DNA of 31,426 nucleotides from a candidate division FCPU426 bacterium (GTDB lineage Bacteria; Oederibacteriota; JAAXVQ01; JAUVAV01): NCBI GenBank assembly GCA_030637655.1, contig DAOWGI010000065.1, positions 1 to 31,426 of the forward strand, read 5' to 3'. Shown piece by piece: positions 10,901 to 16,553 of this stretch (position 1 is its first letter; each line of letters starts with the position of its first letter). The notes under the pieces were generated by a model. It saw only the letters and a program-made list of their open reading frames with translations, ran no database searches and was not told where the DNA came from. The position numbers and the translations under genes were made by a program.

Positions 10901-13900
10901 AATGCCTTGGTTAATAAAGAAAAAGCAGAAGAATGGGCGCGTGAACGCCTGCTGGCAGAAGGCAATGAACAGGCATACCTGGCTGCCATTCAGGAAATTG
11001 AAAGTAATAATAAAAAAATCACACGCGGCGGCAGATCCACGCTGCTAAAGGATTGGACGTTTGCGCTGTTTCCGGATTTAGCAGAGCAGAAGTATATTAA
11101 GTACCGCGTCCTTATTGAAACCGGCTGGGTGCTGTTTTTGGGCGGAGTTGTGATGTCCGGGCTGTGGGGCCTGAGCATGCTGGGAATGCCGATCCTGGCA
11201 GACTGGTTTCCGATTGATACTATAACAGGGCAAATGCAAAGCTCGTTTGAAATAGCCTTGATTCTCTTTCCGATTTTGCATTTGGATAAGGTATTTAACT
11301 GGATTTTGGATAGAGCGCCCCCTGGTCTGAATCGTTTATTAAGCCTGGTCTTACGCACTAAGACCCCAACCCCATTATGGAATGCCGTGATCGCAGCCGG
11401 TCTATCAGCACTGGCGTATATTTCCCTGCAGGCCTTCTCACCTGTCCTCGGCCTGCTGGTTTTCATTTTTTTCCATCAGGCAGTTAATCAATATTTGGAA
11501 TTTAAAAAGGTGCTAACCACCAAATTCAAATTTGATGAAATGGCAAGAACGCTTTTTAATTCGCTGGAACAAAGAGCAACATGGGTTTTTAAGGGAGGAT
11601 TTACTGCTTTTTTTGAAAAGTTTCTGTTTTCGCAACTAGTTAGAATCAAGACATTTGTAAGTCCAAAGCATAAATTTATTGTGTCTTTAGTCCGGGTCGT
11701 GCCTATGGCATTACTGATTTTATTTTTCGTTGGCATTGGCCAACCTAAGGCTGGAGGCACGAATAATTTGTATCCATGGAACATGAATAAATTGAACATA
11801 GAAAATTCGGTGGGGCCTGTTTACGGAGTAATTGACAGCGATTCCGAAGGTTCTTTGATGAAATCTAGAATCAATGTCAATTCTAATATCAAAACAGATT
11901 CTTTTTTATTCAATTGGGATCTTGGATTTTTTCATGAACCTTTGAATTTAAGAGAGCCGGAAAAAAGCCAAAAGTTCGAAAAAAAACCAACGCCTTATAG
12001 CATACAGGTTGCATTCAATAATTTTAAATTAGGTGGAAAAATAGTCTCGGAAGGTCCGGTTAGCCTGAATGTTGGGATGATTACAAATAATTTTCATCTG
12101 AGGAATGTGGGAGGAGACTATTATTTTAAGGATCAGCCTGAATTTGTTCCTGGTATTGCTTTCAATTATGGTGATAACTTACAATTTGGAGGTGGAATGA
12201 CTTATGCGCTGGGACCCCAAAAAGTACAAGATGCGAGTGACCTGTGGCTATATACGAAAAATAGTAAAATATGGCTAAACCTACTAAGCCTATATGATAA
12301 GACCGGCTTTAACTTTAAAGGCGCTGCTACTTTTAGCCCTGATTGGACTAAATACGATATTAGCATTGCTTATCCGCTTTGGAGGTTTGGGGCCGGTTCT
12401 CTTGACGTTTTCAGACAAAATTCAAAAAGTTCATTATTTCCGGATATCTGGAGAACAGAAGCAAAATTCAAATCAAACCTTCTGCCTTCCGGTTATAGGT
12501 TGCAACTTGGAGGTGGGATCACTTATGAGATACTCGAAACAAAAAAAGATACGATTGCCAAGCGGTTACATAAAATATGGCTAAGATATGGCAAGACCGG
12601 CTCGTATTTAAAATACGCGGGCATTTTTAAACCTGATTTGCATAAGCACTATCTTACCTTTGCTCATTCGCTTGGGAGCTTTAGCAACGTCTCTATTGGT
12701 GTTTTCAGACAAGATTCAGAAATTTTATTATTTCCGGATATCTGGAAAACAAAAGCAAAAGTCGAATCAAATCATCTTCTGCCTTACGGTTATAAGTTAC
12801 GATTTTGGGGCGAAACGACTTATGAGCTACTCGAAACAGAAAAAGAGGCGATTGCCAAGTGGTTACATAAAATATCGCTAAGGCTATATGATAATGACGG
12901 TTTTAATTTAAAAGGCACAGCTATCTTTGAACCTGATTTGTATAAATACTATCTTACCTTTGCTCATCCGCTTGGGGGTTCCCTTGGCGTTTTCATACAA
13001 GATCCAAAAAGTTTATTATTTCCGGAGATCTTGAGCGTAAAAGGTAAATTTAAACTGATAAACATATATGGAAACTTGGGAGTGAATTTGAATGCGGCTT
13101 ATAGGCAAATGAAATATAAAGACCGGTTGCCTGATGAATTTGAACTTTCGCTTATTTTTACTGTTCCTTTGGGGGCTAAATCAAAAACAGTGATTAAGCC
13201 TGGAAGAAAGGGCGAAGATAAGTATCACTTTTCCGCTGACGGAGACTTTTATTACGATAAAAAATCACAACCCGCTTCTAATAAAACCGGATTTGAAGGA
13301 TTGCAACAACTATTCGAGCAACTGCTGGTTGAAAAACCGCCAACTGCCAATGACCCATCCTCTCTTGCTTTTTATTACGCCATGGCCCGCTATCCGGATC
13401 ATGTCGTCCGCTGGGTGAGTTTGGGCAAAGCGGGATTGAAATGGGAAAAAAGGATTATATTTAGTTTAGGCCTAATAACCGCGGTGCTGGGGCTTTGGGT
13501 AACTCCTCTGGCTTTTCCCGCTTTTATAGGCCTTTACCTGTTCTTTCTTTTTCTGCATCAGCCCCTGAAATTAATCGCCCAGTTCCGCGCCTCCGGAACA
13601 CTTGGAAAATTAAGCTTAGACAAGACTCCATTTTTCAAAAGCTTCTATGCACAATTTTTACACACAGTTCCTTATGTTTTTCTGACTCTGCCGGCTTTCT
13701 CCCTTTGGTTCCTGCCTTTGGCTCTTTTTGGCCTCCTGGCGCCTTTTATCCATAACCGCTTTGACCAACAAATTTTCGCGAAAATACTTGGAGAAAAATA
13801 CACACCCGTCCAGTCATGGATCGCGAAGCACCTACTGGAACCGGTTTATCAGGTTTTATATACCGCGATTTCCTGGAATCATTTGGATAAAGCATTTAAC

Positions 13901-16108
13901 TGGATTTTGGATAGTGCGCCCCCTCTGGACGGAATTTTAAGTCCTGTTTTACGCACTGACACCCCAACCCCTTTGCCTAACGCCGTGATCGCTGCGGGCA
14001 TATCAGCGTCGGCGTATATTTCCCTGCAGGCCTTTTCCCCTGTCCTGGGTTTTGTGATTGGCATACTGGTCTTCATTGGTGCCCACTTGGCAGTTAATCA
14101 ATATCTGGATATCCCCGTTGGTCTGGCAGAACATTCGGAAGATTATCAGCAAAATATTTCAAAACCCCAAGCAAATGAATCTCCCTTTGAACCTGTTATT
14201 GAGCAAACCTGCGAAGATTACCGGAACCGGCTTTTTGGAAAATATTTCAAAATAAAAGAGAACGTAAAGTACGGGACAGCGCCTTGGTTAAGAGTTCGGA
14301 TCAGGGTAGACGAGGAAGCCGAAAAGAACAGAAAAACAGATGCAGCCTTTGACAGGGAATTCTTTAATACCAACACAAAATATTCGCTTGAGATGCCTGG
14401 GTGGGCCTGGGAAATGGCTTTAAATACTAATAAAGGACTGCTGCCTGTTATGGGGAACGCGTTCATCAGGATTTGGCTGAGCGCGGCGCTGGAGACTCGT
14501 TCTATCGCGCGCAAATTACGTTTCTTTTTGTTGGCGTGGGGCTTTGGCAGTCTCAAAGACAGGATTTTGAAGAAGCGGGTGGAAACACAAAGAGAATCCC
14601 TGCGGCCGTTTGGAAAAACAGACCGGCAGTTGGCAGGTGAAAACCTTACGATCGGATGGGATGTATTATTAAGACTAATCGAGCAACAGACCGGCGTGCC
14701 CCTGGTTGACAGGCAGGCGCTGGAAGCAAGTTTTAGCCCTGAGGCGGTGAAATTACAAGCCCGGAAAGACCGTGGGAATACGCAGCGAAAGCAGTCACAT
14801 CTGTTCCAATATCGCAGCGGCAGGGCTTTGGTTAGTTGGGTTACCAGGCAAAAAAATACGCTGGCTGCAATGCTGGCGCTAGACATGGTTGAGGCTGATG
14901 ATGCGTATAGAAAAATGGCTGATCATGCCCTAACTGCGGCTACGGTCCAGCGCCACGGCCTGGATTTCCTGCAGGAATTTGATCCGGATGGGGAGGAACT
15001 GAAATCAGTCTCAGTGGCGGCTGTTCCTGGTATGGCGAAGACTTTATTAGCGCACATTAAAGAGCAAAAGCTTGAGGTGGAGGCTGGATTACCGGCCATA
15101 CTTAAGGAGATGGATAAGCCGGGGGTTAAGACCGGAGATATTGTTACGCTGGACAAATCCCAAGTTTATTCTCTGCTGAAAAGCTTTGGGCCAGGGACTG
15201 AAAAGGCAAATTTGCAGGCAGTGGATGCAGTTAATATGGGAAGAGATTATTTTGAGAGACAGGTTTGTGTGGTAACTACTTTGCAAGAAATACGTGAATA
15301 CACATTTGTCAACGAGCAAGGGGTGGAAACGACCTTTTACCTTCCAGCAGTTGGAACTGCCATAGGCGGGGATGAGAAAGAAACTTTCGCAGACATAGTT
15401 GCCAAGGTTAAAAGCGGAAAGCAGCCGGTGCAGCGCTTTGTTGGCCGTTTTTTAGGCAAGTACGCGGATCCTGAAGCAAAATTCTGTGCCTGGCAGCAGT
15501 GGTTATTATGGTTGGGCGGAAGCAATACTCATAAGGCAATTGCGCGTAAAAATCCATCTGCCTATTATAATATACTTATAATGAAGCTCAAAGCCGTGAT
15601 GCCCAAAGGCGCTGTCGCGCCGCTGATAAAGGAGTTGGAAAGCCGGGACAGTGATCTTCACCGCATGCTCATGGCTGTGCTTGAGGCCAGGGATGAAAAA
15701 ACGATTTTTTTAGCCCAGGAGCAGCTGGCACGCAATCTGGCGGCTTTTGTGACCAATTATTATAAGCTCTTTAAAGCGGAATACACAGAAAAGAACATTA
15801 ATCTTTTAGCGGACAATATGCTGAATATTCAGGCCTTCAGCAGTTTGGCCGAACTATTGGATCTAATAATGGTGGCAGAGAAAGAATACGCGGAGTCTAA
15901 GACCTATGGTTCTATAAGTAGGATTCTTATTAAAATGCTTGCAAAGCGCGGTATAAAACCGGGCAAGCTGAGTGTGCCTTTTATTGTGCTGGGACTATAT
16001 GGGACGCGCGGCGCTTTTCGTGATATGCTTAAAGAGCATAACTATAAAGTGAGAAAAGACCTGGAGTTCATCCGCAGGGCTGTCAGGCTCTTTGCCGGAT
16101 CAGCCTAG
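2000..16108 (+). CDS. Giant (~4,700 aa) multidomain membrane protein: signal peptide, metal-site N-terminal domain, midasin-like AAA+ array, HExxH domain, LRR, beta-barrel-like repeats, four hydrophobic modules
   Basis: Uninterrupted 14.1-kb ORF. ATG 2000 is preferred over 1943 because of GAAGGA at 1985-1990. Motifs: GSPGVGKS (6443-6466) with VVDEAN, GASGRGKD (7364-7387) with ISEMN, HEAGH (8240-8254), and 22-aa LRRs (10040-10265). Confidence 0.9.
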   Translation: MSKITLVSAFHHPKFRTWIKAGIILIAVSFVLPYVTWAFDAGSYAISQPHFLRIAHLGKALTIPEKIGAINRGFQGKGKTVVCIQDLHCNYEVQKNITNIIQHLVKKHGLKLVGEEGAFNTVDTSPISAFPVRKVREEVSDYFVKQGKITGAEHYAAISGGAVQLEGIETPELYAAGQKAVRSFLNAESQGYCYDLRDILDELKTDIYNSRLLKFDGKRAAYREGDMDILSYSAYLHRTACRLQVDLSVYPNLARFFSLKQNFFSVGVDSDQLFQELDQLDAAIRQQLYTDKTQQELDAFYHRLDIIERLLNISVSQEELQEFRAQREKYRMKEFANFINQVGAGSHARPIEEIILDPEMYILDEYLNKVEEFYRLADERSIHFVDNLVRKMNRLDEKLAVMINGGFHTDKVLAELKRRDITYVSIKPRVTQQDVVNPYFELLQDRKTPLEKLLAQNQTIMAIMNGWEKGPSLTQQVVLSVKTFRELMKHGEIKIILKADQQKSLAAYMEQFSGIQLLEIEGEGLPNGVYAYNLSINGKESDNVSLVMRKGLVPEIWLNQLNSVSLQKYSRWIITVFRSVKKVEQVRQAVRKSPKAWSKMFFNMTDYMAPLYEILVMRPISILVFVFNLLGYTEATRKLNQIFVNAHKGDEVYSKAAIVQMRNINHWTVMADITTFIGVFAMAISALYFGAAFPGYLGEVGSLGSAISLSLRSALIVGTLVNTAGHYYYQFFGVPMNLVGGILREKVAGKDTEILSQANIRAATKHPYSKWLFVTEDVDALDDALAFNARQSGQKYIRLTIHNQEELDALMTSVHLDTDGKPHVSPGALPELLQSEKTATLLLDFTGSASHLIEQFNSLFNDEPYFEKYKVPGNGENLRIIGAISEKQYMKSDSTFRSRFKVTDRVKIKHKDIIDNIKEAPSGIEAVAVDTFGSPLFKEKLVRSIVKTGRYNEQEGRIEKGLPLVLEGDTWKNEAAVYFIRQLLLRRTIEFNGKTIAIPEDFKIYRKAKNYQEGVDNKSIVALGEGKLKDAETWVINEENKDILFSRIKVTGDKLERLPGLLEKQNLRLRIQGRPADWVWHEIMHSAANIELEVSNPDDVPAVYAKFKTKEAGKIFSHDTYSTWEQAAKAPVIYLEGDDTGFLKAMVAGRVEGKILYKPNSPQTSIAQLTSTLHSPSPGKYEVRISEVVKALQRNETVLIEGVDSNTSLMAGLATALGPNPYLMVNGERFNITTGQLIITANSARANPYDVRTRVSMSYTDEAAQEMLDIEPGDFQKLQKLRGLMNTIHAPPIPGLYPEKPNLSFDRLKMLAHHYKRNQNWLKAIEEVILPSYSSAPEVVAYIRVMTRLIFDMEEDDRTPDSIHGLKLNAILNRMSPPKQWQAAVWQLADTLSLDLLIKSGIGTNYGQPNFNDVEKTIQKALIFNSSGEKKEMYAARFGMAEEIASGPMIDSSVRTGMENSIQLEESIVRILRDFRAVFFRGSPGVGKSYIAERIAKHLGLSLKNVIGPITVGIETGEDKVIAREAYQDGKLELEEGPIARWVPENSNRDPRLFVVDEANLAKPEFWNFLEAFFNEKSEDRYVWVNGGRRYFVPGDRIIFTGNQESVVGRNHIDLIEKHFIIKNFPEFEESFLRDKLSEYVYGNKQDLVEMMLQLHQLCARANPAIVRSLRDLQEFATRVNHLLPLKWNMDDVVMVAWNIYSGAFSPNEQEALKHQFYKKTGVWVTDIQKKRIVGIQTRYGEVFRQAGITLVPAVAQMVDQVEEFLKISQTRIDGKSILQGKTGMINMGASGRGKDAVLVQILKANGMVDAKAAPDHTPGTSKYYHLNASFRIDDIVATIERAKTDGSKVIISEMNLLPSAFIEGQLNDVLTGNAHPGFGLFATINNEEFGSREKFSSALLNRTIFNRLTDYPQAELKSIARGHMQRFLNAGEKMPSEDDIKYLVSAHCWIREQIPNTNFHPTTRDILNAAFACIRSAKRPKPEDVIQTIYGSFYLKKIAETSGKELPKRKYLVKTFQEKSFVDNNEVLRLIGSFMCNYPVSLAWDAVTKKSGSKQFVKDKLLVSLRTKNTVANNLETMDHEAGHALFTRHTPGLTPAPLSNQSFDHLYMSLEDMRMEHAVKKFYPHSTLDAADVWEQVFAESVRSLDIEHLGKSTPQDMFEYLLSCFAKGLISEEDVSELSAVLEGLVPLNVAALAGKHLQTAKQIYECVPNSLDEEAVQFQQFRSLKLLEAMRADYAAIDALRKPDRDSRDEMSLADQRQSAEEAAERMSAQELLPGVPEEAEQKALLTPEQKAARAVAAREALEKQKKEALNATIAEVKAELDIMQADLPYADISRLEEMKAQLENPVYPHSIVLKVKHINNKKINKRVMAMRKSIDAAIERLEKSSLLESSSGLDGTIRRGLTGIFGREIGAKSISCRYKPVAIAHSESRQSNPIELELPKPKAEQHALPAVETVPRNPQMKELSKRFRSLLENSVYNLFRLIFGFDRIYGPEGVMLDDRRLAANPDITQALWRTGGMPERFSKEIILRASPNMPWNIINEELLHFLIENDCRFTVYTSETTYVENIHTLTGLKEVCSTASASIDENKISEDLQSRSKRPENYAVFTLPQLQELAEGVFLYGAIKHPSTAPAAQPPTVAAKKLTFKKQKKIVEQFLRENNLGEANREYDDVEETIKLRLNKTSVSDISALADLRNLTELYLNETSVDDISALAGLPNLTVLYLANTSVEDISTLAGSTSLTELDLENSSVSEKQVYELFRDNLNRQSLIVYIKNKTIKYSIFQDYCKRHPEFEKQKKKPVAQPPAAIAKKLTYDEQVEKFKQYLKDNGLEIIILKYPNDKEQTCEVCLTRVHNIHALASPKNIADESLKGTFFNDTRLPAGCKELSGAWLTGSLISEKIYELFRDNKNKQELVIVWRGTTRLYKEYTYSDYQDYCRQHPEFEKQKRTAIPIQKDASPLVKQIYNALVNKEKAEEWARERLLAEGNEQAYLAAIQEIESNNKKITRGGRSTLLKDWTFALFPDLAEQKYIKYRVLIETGWVLFLGGVVMSGLWGLSMLGMPILADWFPIDTITGQMQSSFEIALILFPILHLDKVFNWILDRAPPGLNRLLSLVLRTKTPTPLWNAVIAAGLSALAYISLQAFSPVLGLLVFIFFHQAVNQYLEFKKVLTTKFKFDEMARTLFNSLEQRATWVFKGGFTAFFEKFLFSQLVRIKTFVSPKHKFIVSLVRVVPMALLILFFVGIGQPKAGGTNNLYPWNMNKLNIENSVGPVYGVIDSDSEGSLMKSRINVNSNIKTDSFLFNWDLGFFHEPLNLREPEKSQKFEKKPTPYSIQVAFNNFKLGGKIVSEGPVSLNVGMITNNFHLRNVGGDYYFKDQPEFVPGIAFNYGDNLQFGGGMTYALGPQKVQDASDLWLYTKNSKIWLNLLSLYDKTGFNFKGAATFSPDWTKYDISIAYPLWRFGAGSLDVFRQNSKSSLFPDIWRTEAKFKSNLLPSGYRLQLGGGITYEILETKKDTIAKRLHKIWLRYGKTGSYLKYAGIFKPDLHKHYLTFAHSLGSFSNVSIGVFRQDSEILLFPDIWKTKAKVESNHLLPYGYKLRFWGETTYELLETEKEAIAKWLHKISLRLYDNDGFNLKGTAIFEPDLYKYYLTFAHPLGGSLGVFIQDPKSLLFPEILSVKGKFKLINIYGNLGVNLNAAYRQMKYKDRLPDEFELSLIFTVPLGAKSKTVIKPGRKGEDKYHFSADGDFYYDKKSQPASNKTGFEGLQQLFEQLLVEKPPTANDPSSLAFYYAMARYPDHVVRWVSLGKAGLKWEKRIIFSLGLITAVLGLWVTPLAFPAFIGLYLFFLFLHQPLKLIAQFRASGTLGKLSLDKTPFFKSFYAQFLHTVPYVFLTLPAFSLWFLPLALFGLLAPFIHNRFDQQIFAKILGEKYTPVQSWIAKHLLEPVYQVLYTAISWNHLDKAFNWILDSAPPLDGILSPVLRTDTPTPLPNAVIAAGISASAYISLQAFSPVLGFVIGILVFIGAHLAVNQYLDIPVGLAEHSEDYQQNISKPQANESPFEPVIEQTCEDYRNRLFGKYFKIKENVKYGTAPWLRVRIRVDEEAEKNRKTDAAFDREFFNTNTKYSLEMPGWAWEMALNTNKGLLPVMGNAFIRIWLSAALETRSIARKLRFFLLAWGFGSLKDRILKKRVETQRESLRPFGKTDRQLAGENLTIGWDVLLRLIEQQTGVPLVDRQALEASFSPEAVKLQARKDRGNTQRKQSHLFQYRSGRALVSWVTRQKNTLAAMLALDMVEADDAYRKMADHALTAATVQRHGLDFLQEFDPDGEELKSVSVAAVPGMAKTLLAHIKEQKLEVEAGLPAILKEMDKPGVKTGDIVTLDKSQVYSLLKSFGPGTEKANLQAVDAVNMGRDYFERQVCVVTTLQEIREYTFVNEQGVETTFYLPAVGTAIGGDEKETFADIVAKVKSGKQPVQRFVGRFLGKYADPEAKFCAWQQWLLWLGGSNTHKAIARKNPSAYYNILIMKLKAVMPKGAVAPLIKELESRDSDLHRMLMAVLEARDEKTIFLAQEQLARNLAAFVTNYYKLFKAEYTEKNINLLADNMLNIQAFSSLAELLDLIMVAEKEYAESKTYGSISRILIKMLAKRGIKPGKLSVPFIVLGLYGTRGAFRDMLKEHNYKVRKDLEFIRRAVRLFAGSA
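3023..3048 (+). repeat. GTAG-type REP hairpin inside the giant CDS, in frame
   Basis: GTAG-GGGCGGGC-tcccat-GCCCGCCC, a perfect 8-bp GC stem translated as VGAGSHARP. Confidence 0.7.
9907..10847 (+). repeat. Tandem duplicated module with conserved ends; first copy carries LRRs
   Basis: Copies start at 9907 and 10411 with AQPP..AKKLT and end with YELFRDN...QDYC..HPEFEKQK (10400 and 10847). Copy 1 contains about 3.5 66-nt LRR units. Confidence 0.85.
11279..11499 (+). repeat. Copy 1 of a ~220-nt direct repeat encoding a membrane module
   Basis: HLDKVFNWILDRAPP...TPTP..NAVIAAG.SA.AYISLQAFSPVLG...HQAVNQYL; a close copy lies at 13880-14109. Confidence 0.9.
12175..13055 (+). repeat. About three tandem ~100-aa beta-strand-rich repeats
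   Basis: KIWL/KISL registers at 12266, 12572 and 12869 (periods 306 and 297 nt); recurring LFPDIW, YLTFAH and TYE.LET.K..IAK.LH. Confidence 0.85.
13880..14109 (+). repeat. Copy 2 of the membrane-module direct repeat
   Basis: HLDKAFNWILDSAPP...AYISLQAFSPVLG...HLAVNQYL, similar to 11279-11499 at the DNA level. Confidence 0.9.
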
Positions 16109-16410
16109 CCCGGACAAGACGGAACCAAAAAAGTATATTCACCGCATACCCAAAAAACGGGCACAAGGAGACACAAAGTACGCAGAGAAAAAAATGTAAC
16201 ATGTCAGTAAACTGCGCAGTTAAACAAAGATTGTCATTCCCGAGGGTTTAATCGGGAATCTGGTTTTTTAAACCGTATCCCCGATACAAGCATTCGGGGA
16301 TGACAAACAAAAAAAACCATGACTGACATGTTACAAAAAAATTTTAGTTTTCCTCCGCGTCCTCTGCGTCTCAGCGGCGAATAATTTTCTTGCCAAAAAA
16401 GCAAGAATTT
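16104..16410. mobile_element. Nested composite of non-autonomous inverted-repeat elements
   Basis: Layers from outside in: CCTAGCCCGGACAAGACGGAACC end (16104-16126); TATTCACCGC..CGCAGAG / CTCTGCG..GCGGCGAATA; perfect 14-bp IR TGTAACATGTCAGT (16195-16208 / 16322-16335); REP-like pair (16231-16306). A TTCTTGC/GCAAGAA hairpin closes it at 16387-16407. Confidence 0.7.
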
Positions 16411-16489
16411 AAGACGTAAGCGCCTAAGGCCGGTCAAATAAACGGTTGGCTCAAATCACATTTTCCTATTTGGCATTCGAGTATTTGGC

Positions 16490-16518
16490 TTGACGCTTTT
16501 ATAATCCAGCCCTATAAT
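16490..16518 (+). promoter_or_regulatory. sigma70-type promoter of polC
   Basis: TTGACG (16490-16495) - 17 nt - TATAAT (16513-16518), 35 nt upstream of the start codon. Confidence 0.8.
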
Positions 16519-16553
16519 TTCGCCGCCTGGAAATACATTTGTTGGAGTATTGC

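Noticed and set aside
12294-12881. Two similar alternative-frame ORFs suggesting an overlapping gene pair
   Set aside because: Their similarity is fully explained by the tandem DNA repeat in the main frame.
9907-14109. Diversity-generating retroelement TR/VR pair
   Set aside because: Repeat differences include indels and are not confined to adenines; both copies are coding; no reverse transcriptase in the window.
16234-16437. 67-aa minus-strand ORF
   Set aside because: Lies across the palindromic composite; translation of repeat DNA.
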